From Octopus vulgaris (Eukaryota), in the NCBI GenBank assembly GCA_951406725.2, contig OX597819.1:85746001-85810000 (forward strand): 64,000 bases of DNA, written 5' to 3'. A program made the position numbers and the translations under genes. Numbering within the stretch: the first letter of the stretch is position 1; each line of letters starts with the position of its first letter. Of this stretch, positions 1-11,530 are shown one piece after another. Below the pieces are notes generated by a model that saw only the letters and a program-made list of their open reading frames with translations, was not told where the DNA came from and ran no database searches.

Positions 1-693
1 ATGTTCTAATAAATATTGATTTTTTCTTCAAATAAAAAAGGTATGAGGTAGCATATAAGGAGTTTAATGCTCATGCTAAAAATCGTAAATTGTCGGAATA
101 GACATAGATATTTCAAAAATATTTATCTGAACAAAATTTATACAAAGAACATAGTCATACTGAAAGAGATTCAGTAACAAAAAAAAAAAAAAAATTCCAT
201 AATCAGCTATTGTACCATTTTTATTGACCAAATATTATTACTTTCTGAAGATGATCGTGTGGCTCGTATCGTTCCTGAGGACATGAGAAATGTAAATAAA
301 TTCAACCAAGATTTGAAATCGCATTCAAAACGTAGAACTTATACGACTGCATCAAAATATTTGTATAAGAATAAATTTCAAATGAAAGATTTGCTTTCTT
401 TCACTTCCCATATAAATATATAGATTTAGTATAAATTGTATGGAAAAACTTACAAGTTGATTACCAAATAGTTCAGTATTGAAGTGACAGTTAATGTATG
501 TTATGTATTGATAACATTAAAACCTATTTCGTTTTCGAGTAAAATAATGCTCTTTCTTAATAAGAATAATATGCGATGTGCTTCGTGCCCCGATTCGCTT
601 CTTCAACATACCTATTACACAAGAGAACGAAGATCGCTTTCAAAGGCTTTTAACGCATATTATACAGTGCTTGCAGATTTTGACATAATAGGA

Positions 694-850
<157 letters not shown>

Positions 851-994
851 AATAAAATAGGTCAATTCGTTCGATTAAAATTCTACAAGGCGGTGCTTTA
901 GCATGACTGCAGTCTAATGACTGAAACTAGTAAAAGATAGAAAAGAACTATATCCTCACTAAAAATATTTACTGAGAATCAGGTATAAATATTG

Positions 995-1216
995 TTCCTA
1001 ATTTTCGCACAAGGTCAAGTGTTTTGATGGGAAAGGTAAATCAATTAAATAAACCATAGCAATTTGCTGTACCTTATTTATTTTTTTCTCGATCTCGAAA
1101 AGATGAAAGGCAAAGTTGAACATCAGCGGAATTTGAACTCAATGCATAAATTCGGAATAAATGCCGCTAAGCATTTTCTCCAAACGCCGTAACGATTTTG
1201 CCAGCTTCACAACCTT
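995..1216 (-). mobile_element. tRNA-derived SINE family B, diverged copy
   Basis: Matches other copies (GAAAGGATGAAAGGCAAAGTCGAC..GGCGGAATTTGAACTC..GCTAAGCATTT core); minus strand carries a B-box-like GAGTTCAAATTCC. Confidence 0.75.
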
Positions 1217-1249
1217 GAACAAAGTAGAAATAAATAATAAATAGATGCG

Positions 1250-1458
1250 ACCTTTTAAAGCCTAGCCAGGCTCATGGTCCCGGTTTTCCAGTTTCTATGA
1301 CATATGTGTTCCCTAGCTGGACGGGACGCCAGTCCATCGCAGCGTTACTCATTTTTGCCAGCTGAGTGGATTAGAGCAACGTGAAATGAAGTGTTTTGCT
1401 GAAGAACACAACACATCGCCCGGTCCAGGAATCGAAACCACAATCTTACGATCATGGT
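1250..1458 (-). mobile_element. tRNA-derived SINE family D (Meta/V-domain-like core), 5'-clipped
   Basis: Minus strand has GGTTTCGATTCC B-box, then ..CAAAACACTTCATTTCACGTTGCTC..GCGATGGACTGGCGTCCCGTCCAG; a second copy lies at 25285-25492. Confidence 0.7.
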
Positions 1459-1484
1459 GAAGTCACGCTAGCTACTATCGAAAA

Positions 1485-1666
1485 ATCGGAGTAGGGAGTA
1501 AGTCGATTACATGGACCTTATTGCTCAACTGGTACTTATTTTATCGGACCTGCAAGGATAAAGGTAAAGTCGACTTTGACGTAATTTGAACTCAGAACTT
1601 AAAGTCGGACGAAATGTCGCTAAGCACTCTGCTCGGCTTGTTAACGATTCTGCCAACTTATCGCTT
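1485..1666 (-). mobile_element. SINE family B copy
   Basis: Same core as 1684-1880 and 9930-10110. Confidence 0.75.
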
Positions 1667-1683
1667 TAAACGAAATATAAGTA

Positions 1684-1880
1684 TTCCTTTCTACTCTAGG
1701 CACAAGGCCTTAAATTTTGGGGGAGGGGGTCCAGTAGATTAGATCATCCCCAGTACGCAACTGGTACTTAATTTATCGACCCCGAATGACTGTAAAGCAA
1801 AGTCGACCTCGGCGGAATTTGAACTCAGAACGTAAAGCATTTTGCCCCGCTTGCTAACGTGTCTGCCAACTCGCCGCCTT
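1684..1880 (-). mobile_element. SINE family B copy (well preserved)
   Basis: Minus strand begins GGCGGCGAGTTGGCAG (A-box-like), has GAGTTCAAATTCCGCCGAGGTCGAC (B-box) and ends near GCCTTGTGCCTAGAGTAGAAAG. Confidence 0.85.
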
Positions 1881-2479
1881 ACGAAGTATAAAAATTGCTG
1901 ATTGTTATGTCAATATATCAGGTAAAGCACTATATTGACACTGGCATGTTGAAATGTCATAATAGAAGAGGGAGAATATATGGTGCTGCATCTCTATCAC
2001 TCTAATGAGGGAAACACATATAATAGGAAAGTAATAAAGCAACATACAAGTGTGTTTCTGCATTAAATGTCTTATTATATTTACTTATAACGTCTTATAT
2101 TATGAAGGTGAAAGTCGCCGAAGACAAATTTACTCAGCATTATTTCAGTTCTGACAAAATAAATTGTCATACATTTGCATTAAAGTGAACTTGACTGCAC
2201 TCGTTTAAGTTACAAATCATTAAAAACTCTGGTGTAAAATAAAATGGGGTCTACTTTCGAGAATCGTTAACGAGTAACCTATGCGAGAAAATCTCACGAC
2301 ACAGCGAAAAAAAAAATAATTGCAAATCTGTTTTACTTTAGATATATTTGTTTCGAAGTAAAATAATGGACTTTAGATTTTCATAATAGCAAACGAACGT
2401 CATTTTAAAATTTACAAATGCTATGTTGTCAAGTTAGTGTTATGCTGTCAAGTTAGAGTTGTTATCCTCGATAATCTAA

Positions 2480-3180
2480 CATTTGCACGTTATTCGTGTA
2501 GAAGAAATCAATACGGGATAAAGAAAATTCAGTACCTCAATAATTACGCCCAATGTTCCAGACATGTTTCGGTCTAATTAGTATTAGCGAACACTTTGCT
2601 TACTGATGTAGTGACAAGAGAATCATATTGTAAAATTGTAAGTCAAACTTTATCATAGTTTTTAAAAATAGACGCTGCAGATAATTACTCTTGCAATGTT
2701 GTATTATAAATTCAAAATCCATTAATTTGTGTGGATGTCACTGAAATTTCCGCTTCTATACATTATATATAACTCAAATGAACTTTGCTTAACCACTCCA
2801 AAACATTGTCCAGCCTATAGAATTGAACACATTATTTTACGCTGACACAATATTTGTAAATGTAACAGGATGTATACTGTTGTAGGCGTTGCTGAAAGCG
2901 TCGGCTTTGTCGGTCATATAAATGGTGCTTAGACATCCATTCAACTTGTTTAGCTTCTGATTTTGCAATTAGAATAATACTCACTCAACGATTTCATAAT
3001 AGGAAATATAGAGTAGGATGGAGTCTCTATAACCCATTCAGCCGCTGTAATAATATATTTGACACTTTATCAACCTTTAGATAATAATAAAGTCTGCTGG
3101 AAATAATTCGGAACATATTAGACATTCAGATTGGTGCTTCCGCAACTGTGACACCATAGTAGACGTTATTTTAACCTAAT
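2480..3180 (-). pseudogene. Possible decayed MULE/Mutator-like transposase fragment
   Basis: Minus-strand translation gives IYMTDKADAFSNAY, resembling the MULE DDE motif (xMxDxAxAFxNAW); many stops. Weak, by-eye similarity. Confidence 0.3.
2579..2842 (+). repeat. Dispersed duplication, copy 1 (copy 2 at 5216-5862, interrupted by a Helitron)
   Basis: Near-identical sequence from GTATT(A/G)GCGAACACTTTGCTTACTGATG to GAATT(G/A)AACACATTAT. Confidence 0.9.
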
Positions 3181-3747
3181 GAGAGAAAGGAAGTAATATC
3201 CCTCTTCGGGTAAGGTCGAATTTGTAAATACAAAGTTTATGTTTTCAGTGAGGAGAGAATAGTTTATTGTAATAATTTGAAGGTTCTGACAACAAGAATA
3301 TATTAATTTCTAACAAAGATACACTGCCAGGCTTTTAGGTGAGATGTTTAGAAAATTATATCAATACCAGTCCTTCACTGGTACATATTTTATTAATTTG
3401 CAATGAATGAGGTATAATCGACCCTTACAGGTACATTATCTTAGAATGCTAAGAGACGTAAATTTAATATTAGGAGACATTTTATCTGTCTCTATAACAT
3501 ATTCACTAATCTACCGCCTTCTGGCGACTTGTTCATATTGAAATGGCTTCAATCAAAACCACATAATACGACATGATTGTTCAGATCTCAACTTCAAGTT
3601 TGCCATTCTAAAAGTACCTTTCAAAAATAAAATGACAATGAATAAAATAAAAAACGAATAACAAAACATGTTCATAATAGTAAATAAAATGTGAGAAAAT
3701 GTTTTTAGAATTTAATAGAAATATTAAAATTACTAAGTCTCTCTAAA

Positions 3748-4074
3748 GGAGATTACGGCAGCGTTACTGGATATTAATAGTTATCGCCATACTAATATGG
3801 CAGTCTATAAATATAAGACTAAAACTGTCGCTGATTAGCTCCAAGAGACCATCGCCTCTAGCTAGCTATATGACACACGAACCTGCGTCCATTACAACCT
3901 TCGATCAGGGGAGATCAGCCGCTTCACCTTGCTAGTCAGACATCTGCAGACATGTTTCAGGGTTGTTACTCTTTATCAATGCAGCGTAGTCAGAACCAGC
4001 AGGTGTCGCTACTGACCGTCTGTTCGAAGATTTTATATACCTAGTTACAGTGGAATACATCCACTTGTTTTCAA
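3748..4074 (-). mobile_element. Penelope-like pseudo-LTR fragment flanked by a 35-bp direct repeat
   Basis: TAATAGAAATATTAAAATTACTAAGTCTCTCTAAA occurs at 3713-3747 and 4075-4109; internal hammerhead-like motif. Confidence 0.6.
3944..3984 (-). ncRNA. Degenerate minimal type I hammerhead ribozyme
   Basis: Minus strand: CTGCA-TTGATAA-AGAG-TAACA-ACCCT-GAAAC-ATGTC-TGCAG. Stem I is CTGCA/TGCAG, the core is CUGAUGA with 2 substitutions, GAAA is intact and stem III is the palindromic ACATGT, as in PLE hammerheads. Confidence 0.6.
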
Positions 4075-5272
4075 TAATAGAAATATTAAAATTACTAAGT
4101 CTCTCTAAATGACGTTTCTTGATTTACAGTAGTATAAAACATTTTTTCTCTCTCATTTTATGTTCATGTTTTTCCACTTCTGTATTAATATATTTCGGTT
4201 TGCTCAACTTTTTTTATTTTCAACAAATTTCTTTATCTGATTCTTATTCGTGTATCACAAGCGTTTCTCATTTTTGATATCCATTAAGTTGTTCTGTTTG
4301 CATTATTTTCTTCATTATTGCTATTGACTTTTCTCCTTCAACAAATGTCCTTCTTTTGCTCTTTCTTCTCCCATCTCGATATTCTTACGCCTGTGTTCTT
4401 TTCTAACTCTGCATATTATTATAACAGGAAAATATTTACATTATGTTACTACTGTTAAATAATTCTCTTGATTAGTTTGTAATGGCCTCTATTAAACTCT
4501 GCAGTTTTGTTTTATTTCCTTAACAGTATTCTGTTGTGAAACAGAAATATCGCATTTTGCATTGAGAATCAATTTAAACGATATGAGACGTTAAAAATCT
4601 AGCGTAGAAGTTTCTGCTATGAATCAACCAAAGTATTGTGTACCAGTGGAACGCGTCTGTTTCGTAAAAAGCGGGTGAGTAGACGCTTAATCCTGATCAG
4701 ACGTGAAGTAGGGCAAGTCACGACGGATAGACGGTAATAGATGACGAAGGTGACTTAGACTTTAGCGTTTCTGCCCTATATTTCAGAAATAGTTTTCTCT
4801 AGGTTCAATACTCGGTGACATTCCTCTCCTTGTATCTGTTCTTACCCAAGTGAACATCGAACATTTTAACCGTGTGTCGATCCTGTGCTGTTACATGGAC
4901 CACCCTTTCCAAGGGGAGTTGGAGTGTGTCTAACTGCGGGCCTACCGGCCCCTTTGGTCAATTTTAAACCCTGTCACCGCCTCGTGTTTACTCTGACATG
5001 CTTAGTGTTCCTACTTTGATGTTGTCTATCACGTTTGCCGATACAAATTATCTGCATTCTAGTTCGCGCAGGATATTCCTCAAAGTTTCTAGTTTTTGCA
5101 ATGGTGGTCAAGGAGTCAGTATATACTCAAGGGAGAAAATGAAACAACCCGACGTATTGAGCGCGTGACACTGACTGGTTCTCATAAGTGGTTACTCACA
5201 CAAACTCTAATCAGATAGTATTGGCGAACACTTTGCTTACTGATGTAGTGACAAAAGAATCATATTCTAAAA

Positions 5273-5655
5273 TCTCTCTATATATAAACGGCAGTTTGTC
5301 TGTGCGTGTTTCTGTGTGTCTGTTTGCTTGTACCCTCACCCTGACCACGGCTTTCAACCGATTCTGATGAAACTTGACACACACATAGCCCAATGTCATA
5401 ATTCAAAACTAACGCAGCGAAAATTTTGAAAAGTTCCACCAGTTCTGAAAAAAATCGATAAATTCGACATGGGGTCGAGAATCAGAAACACAAACCGCAA
5501 ACTGTCTAGGGGACGCAACTCCACCTTTTTTAACTAAAAAGAAAATTTACCATAATTTTTTTCCATTTTTTTGCTATTTTTTGGCTATAACTCTCTAAAA
5601 ATGCTTTATAGTTATTTCCCTTACAAACCTGAGCAACGTCGGGCGATACTGCTAG
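5273..5655 (+). mobile_element. Non-autonomous Helitron
   Basis: 5' TC(TCTCTATATATAAA), subterminal hairpin CCTGAGCAACGTCGGG and 3' CTAG; inserted between A and T with no TSD, confirmed by the empty paralogous site at about 2635. Confidence 0.92.
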
Positions 5656-6433
5656 TTGTAACTAAAACATTATCATAGTTTTTAAAAATAGACTCTGCGG
5701 ATAATTAATCTTGCTATGCTGTTTTATAAATTCAAAATCCATTAATTTGTGTGGATGTCACTGAAATTTCCGTTTTTATATATTATATATAACTCAAATG
5801 AACTTTGTTTAACCACTTCAAAACGTTGTCCAGCCTATAGAATTAAACACATTATCGTACGCATCTCGCGCAGATATCGCTGCAAGAGCAATCTAGCCTA
5901 TTTTGAGCACAGCCATATTTGATAAGAGGGAATGAGGAAATGGATCTTATCCTTTCGGGGGTGGGGGCAGTGTTTTGTCCTTCAGGCTAGCTGTGAGTAT
6001 TTTCATGAGCAGTTCTTTATATATACTTTGGTTTATATAAAACTGAATGTCTCCCATTTCTTTATTGTTTAAAATTCTGTGTGTTATGAAATTTGAATGA
6101 CACTTATATATGGTGGAATGTTATTGGTTAATGCGATGTAGTTATCGTGTATGATGCTTCATTTTGGTAAATGCGGCATATTAGTTTTTTTATTATATGT
6201 TTGTAGCTGCGTAGGTTATAATTTCTTATTGCTCTTGTTGGGAATTTGCTCACTCTTGGTGTCATTTTGCTTTTGATGGTGCTATATCAGATAGAGTTGG
6301 TTGAAATGATGGTGATCATAATCCTAATACTGCTGGTGCAGCTGCTGTTGGTCGATCGTTGCCTGAAAGTACTACCTCCATTTGTTCGTTTGTTTGGCGC
6401 ATTCTTTATTTCTTTTTCATTTTATGTACTTAT

Positions 6434-6604
6434 AGGCGTAAGAGTGGCTGTGTGATAGTAGCTTGATTACCAGCCACATGATTCCGGGTTCAGTCCCACT
6501 GCGTGGCACCTTGGGCAAGTGTCTTCTACTATAGCCTCGGGCCGACCAAAGCCTTGTGAGTGAATTTGGGAGACGGAAACTGAAAGAAGCCCGTCGTATA
6601 TATG

Positions 6605-6697
<93 letters not shown>

Positions 6698-6925
6698 ATG
6701 TGTGTGTTTGTGTGTATGTGTTCGTCCCCCCAAACATCGCTTGACAACCGATGCTGGTGTGTTTACGTCCCCGTAACTTAGCGGTTCGGCAAAAGGAACC
6801 GATAATATAAGTACTAGGCTTACAAAGCATAAGTCCTGGGGTCGATTTGCTCGACTAAAGGCGGTGCTCCAGTATGGCCACAGACAAATGACTGAAACAA
6901 GTAAAAGAGTTAAAGAGTAAAAGAA
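6434..6925 (+). mobile_element. tRNA-derived SINE family A with internal (TA)n/(TG)n microsatellite
   Basis: GGCGTAAGAGTGGCTGTGTG head, GGTTCAGTCCC B-box, internal (TA)n at 6597-6695, 3' AAAGGCGGTGCTCCAG..ATGACTGAAACAAGTAAAAGAG; copies at 28974 and 33471. Confidence 0.9.
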
Positions 6926-7311
6926 TATAAAACTGTTTCCTGTTTGGTTACCTCCTCCCCGTTATCTTCACTACATGACGTGCGTGTAGTGCGAGTCTAG
7001 GAGGTGGGGCATGTCGCATGAAGGTTTGATGTGTTCTATTGCGGAAATATTTGATGCTAATTTGAGGTTGTGTGTTGCTGTTGTTTGGAGTTTCCAGTTA
7101 CTGTTGTTGTTGCAGGTGCTTCGGTTGTTTCATTTGCTGTCGATTCTATTGTTGCTGCTACAAGTGCTCCAGTCACTGTTGCTACTACTGCTGACATGGT
7201 AGTTTTCGTGATTGTTAGTTTTAACCTTGCTGTCAGTGACATTGTTGTGTTCGCCTGTCGCTGTTGAGGCTGCCACTACTTTTTTTACTGCTTGCATTGT
7301 TAATTCAGTTC

Positions 7312-7495
7312 TATAGTTAAGAGATGAGGAATTATGTACATTATTTACATTATTTTCATTATTTACGTTTGACTGATATTTGTCCTCATCTTGTTTCTGG
7401 CTAGCACAACGTTTTGGCTTATATACCCTCTGGCCTTCATTAGGTGTCTTGGGAAATTTCGAACCTGGGTTCTCTCTCCTAAAATATTTTTAGAT
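7312..7495 (-). mobile_element. Penelope-like pseudo-LTR fragment with degenerate hammerhead (7404-7448)
   Basis: Minus strand GACAC-CTAATGA-AGGCC..AGCC-AAAAC-GTTGTGC matches the CUGAUGA..GAAAC layout with single substitutions in each core segment. Confidence 0.5.
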
Positions 7496-7499
7496 GTGG

Positions 7500-7751
<252 letters not shown>

Positions 7752-8929
7752 TTATTATTATTATTATTATTAATGTAAATAATGTGCTTGCATCGTTGTT
7801 GTGGTTACAGGTCCGCAGAAGTAATAGTTTTTCTTCTTTTACTTTGTACTAGGCATAAGGCATTGGTTTGTGTCACCACACAAGTGCCATCTCTTGGCCT
7901 GACCATATTGTTTCTGTTACCTCCGAAATTCTATAATATTGGTTTTATCCACCATATCAAAATAGTCAGCTCCCACCAGCCGATCAACATATGTTTATTT
8001 CTGTTGCACACTAACTACCTTTATTTTAACTAACATGGTGTGCTTCCTGGTCTCATCTTACACTTATTGTGCCATACCTTTCTCCTCTGGCTGCGTATTA
8101 TTTGGAATTCCAGAGGGATCTGATGCTTTCCTTTCAATCTGCCACTGTGTGGTTTGTCCCATCCTTCTACATTTTGTGGCTAAAGATATATTTACAACAA
8201 TTCGGTTTGTTTATAACAATTTTGAGGATGGTATCCGGTTTGTTGCTAGGTTCATCCTGGAGTTTTGAGTGCAACATCTCGCTTACATCCCACATGAATA
8301 CGTTTTGCGTTTTTTAATACTTCCAAATTTGAAACAATTATACCATTAATACTAGTTATACGAATTGCTTTAATTTTTACGATTTAAAAACAAATTTTAT
8401 GGTGTGGGCGGCGTTGAAGATGGAACGTGCAGGTGTATTGAATGGGAAGTTTGATTTTCGTTTTTTTTTGTTGTCTACGGTCTCAATTTGTTGTTGTTTT
8501 AGTTGTTATTGTTGTTTTCAATTTCCTTGTGGCTGTAGTTTGTTTTTCAATTGCCTGGTAACGTTGCTGCTGCTGTTTTTGCTCTTGTTTCGGTCGACAT
8601 TAGTAGTGATGGTGGGAAACGTGATGTTTTGTTGGGCAGGTGGTATCTCAGTAGTAAAACAAATGTTCCACTCTCTGGTTTCACCCCTTGGCAATTGTCC
8701 GAAAAATCGGAAGCCATTTTAAAAAAATGAATAGATTTCTACTAAACTAAATACAGAAATAAATTCTGATTCTACACCGATAATTTAACAAAGCCAACTG
8801 ACCTCAGGGAATCCTAGTTGGCTTATTAACAACATTATACAACAAAAATACAAATAGCATATTCAAAACGAAGAAATTCAACAATATCTCACGCGCTTTG
8901 AAAAATCGTACACTTTTTAAATGCACAGC

Positions 8930-8968
8930 AATACCAACAGCAACAACTACAACAGAAACAACAACAAC

Positions 8969-9003
<35 letters not shown>

Positions 9004-9062
9004 TGATGATAATAATAGTAATAATGATAATAATAATAATGATGATAATAATAATTATTATT
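8930..9062. repeat. (CAA)/(TAA)/(TGA) microsatellite
   Basis: Directly visible. Confidence 0.9.
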
Positions 9063-9401
9063 CCTTTTTGACCGTCTACATTAACAGGCTTTCTCTTCTC
9101 TCTTGTTTCACTTCTATTTTTGTTCCATAAATTATTTTTGTCTGTATTTCTTTGTGAAAACTCATTTGTTCTCTGTCTCTCGCCTCGTGAGATCTAGGAA
9201 GAAAACAATATCTGAACTAGCTAGGTTACACTAATGATTTGTTTGTCAAAAAATTTACTTTTGTTTTCCCATTTTCCTTGTCGTATGAAGATTTTTCTTT
9301 CTTCTTTCACTTTTATTTGACCTCCCATATTCTCATATGTATATGTATATATATATATACATATGAGAATATGAGAGGTTAAATATACACACACACATAT
9401 A

Positions 9402-9465
<64 letters not shown>

Positions 9466-9857
9466 TCCTTTGATCTCACATTTTTGGCCTACAACTCAAA
9501 GCAGGGTATAACCGGCTCTTCTCCGCTACAACAATCACATGTGATGGAAATATTTTCCCCGTCGCATGGTATTCCTACCATTACTCATGACAGGAGTATC
9601 CTCGTGGCTCTCATAGGAGAAGAGAAATGATGTTGTGATTAGAGATATGAGGGCAAGATCCAGAAGACAAAGCGAAGGGACTCCTTTCTATTTGGACAGC
9701 CTGATGATGGAAAACACAATCAATCAAATAATGGATTAACTAAGGGGATTCAAAGGCCATTATAAAAGTATTTCTTTATCATTAATATTGCTACTGGTGC
9801 TGTTGCTATTATCATGATTAACCATGGAACGTATTGTTACTGGCTGATAAGGGCAAC

Positions 9858-9888
<31 letters not shown>

Positions 9889-9929
9889 ATAACAACAACA
9901 ACAATGAGGATGAGGAGGATGATGATTTG

Positions 9930-10110
9930 GTGGGAGGGGAACTGTCGATTACATCGACCCCAGTGTTTCACAGGTACTTAATTTATCAACCCTGAAAGGA
10001 TGAAAGGCAAAGAGTCGACCTCGGCGGAATTTGAACGAAGAAATTAGTTACAAGCGAAGTACCGCTAAGCATTTCGTCCAGCATGCTAACGATCCTGCCA
10101 GTTCGTCGCC
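9930..10110 (-). mobile_element. SINE family B copy
   Basis: Matches 1684-1880; abuts (TAA)n. Confidence 0.85.
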
Positions 10111-10187
<77 letters not shown>

Positions 10188-10188
<1 letters not shown>

Positions 10189-10616
10189 GTTTTGTCTTGG
10201 TATAAATGATGGGCTACAGCAAATACTCTGCTCAATACCACAGATTTGCTTGTCTGTTGTTTGACCTTAACCAGTTGAGCATGTCCCTTAGAGGCTGACG
10301 ATATGTGCATCTCTGATCACAAGCAGAAGTAGTTGGGGAGCATCATAGCCATATGCTGAGTGTGATTCTTTGGGGTTTGAATAATTCACCTCTGCAAACA
10401 TGGGTCTTTCGTTCAACATCCTTAAACAACCCTTATTCAGGGACCTTTTAAGTGAGAGAAGAAAATTCTATCTGGGCCCCACCTGCAATGTCATGTGCTG
10501 TTTATCTTGATATGAGATCACAATGTTGCGCACGGGTAGTCATGATGGGTATACTGGGCTTCGTATATTTTACCTCAGTGTCACTTTGATGGCATTCACT
10601 GCTCTTTCACTCATTC
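10188..10616 (+). mobile_element. Non-coding interspersed element ending in a (TAA)n tail
   Basis: Unique-looking, more GC-balanced 430 bp with sharp borders between (GAT)n and (TAA)n; no ORF; only one copy in this window. Confidence 0.5.
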
Positions 10617-10668
<52 letters not shown>

Positions 10669-11137
10669 GGCATCATCGAAAATAATTATGCAAAGATTCT
10701 ATGAGATGTTAAGATTCAGTGCGACCATGAGATAGAGAATAGGAAACCAGACATAGTATTAACTGTGAAAGAAAGCAAACAATGCTGGATCATAGATATA
10801 GCATGCCCAGCTGACAACAAGGTATGCGATAAGGAAGAAAGAAATGTTGATAGATATGACAGGTTAGCTTTAAAGATTAATCAGTTGAGGTCAGTGAAAT
10901 AGGTGGTAGTAGTACCAATAACTGTCGGAGCCCTGGGAAAGGTTACTAAACATCATGCGAAGTACATGAAACAAATTAGGGCTGCAATAAGGGTGGAGCA
11001 TTTGCAGAAAGCTGCACTGTTTGCAATCGCTCGAATACTCCGAATGGTGCTCGAAAGTAAGGAGTGTTACCTTAGTTTACTGGTGGTGAACTGCTGACAC
11101 CGTAGTACATCTTCAGCGTTAGAAGCTGTGCAAAGAC
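10669..11137 (+). mobile_element. R4/Dong family B, 5'-truncated (REL domain and 3'UTR), in (TAA)n
   Basis: Encodes DHEIENRKPDIV..WIIDIACP..VVVPITVGALG..LQKAAL..ARILR; same 3' end as 49700-49793. Confidence 0.85.
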
Positions 11138-11142
11138 AATAA

Positions 11143-11198
<56 letters not shown>

Positions 11199-11490
11199 GG
11201 GGCTGATCGCTACCTAACTCAGATACCAGGAAACCCCAAAATGGCAGAAATTCAAAAGATAGTGCTCATGGGAACTGCTCATATCCTACGCAAAATACTT
11301 ACTATGTAATCTCAAGTTTTAAAACAAACATAATTTTCGTACAACACTAGTACAACACTAAATACAAAATCAAATATATGGCACACAAGGCACAACAACA
11401 ACATGAACTTCCAACCTGTTGTCTCTTGAGGTCTCTGGGTGAGACTTGGAGCCAACTTGTACAAATATAAAGCAAAAGTCAAACATAGAA
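11199..11490 (+). mobile_element. R4/Dong family A, 5'-truncated 3' end, in (TAA)n
   Basis: Nearly identical to 19440-19752 (IPGNPKMAEIQKIVLMGTAHILRKIL* plus 3'UTR). Confidence 0.9.
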
Positions 11491-11530
11491 AAATAATAAT
11501 AATTATAACAATAATAATAATTATAATAAT

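Noticed and set aside
240-340. Possible hammerhead (CTGAAGA..) near the window start
   Set aside because: The GAAA core and stems are not recoverable; too degenerate to call.
10111-11530. CRISPR-like repeat/spacer alternation
   Set aside because: The repeats are variable-length microsatellites, the spacers are retroelement 3' ends, the context is eukaryotic and there are no cas genes.
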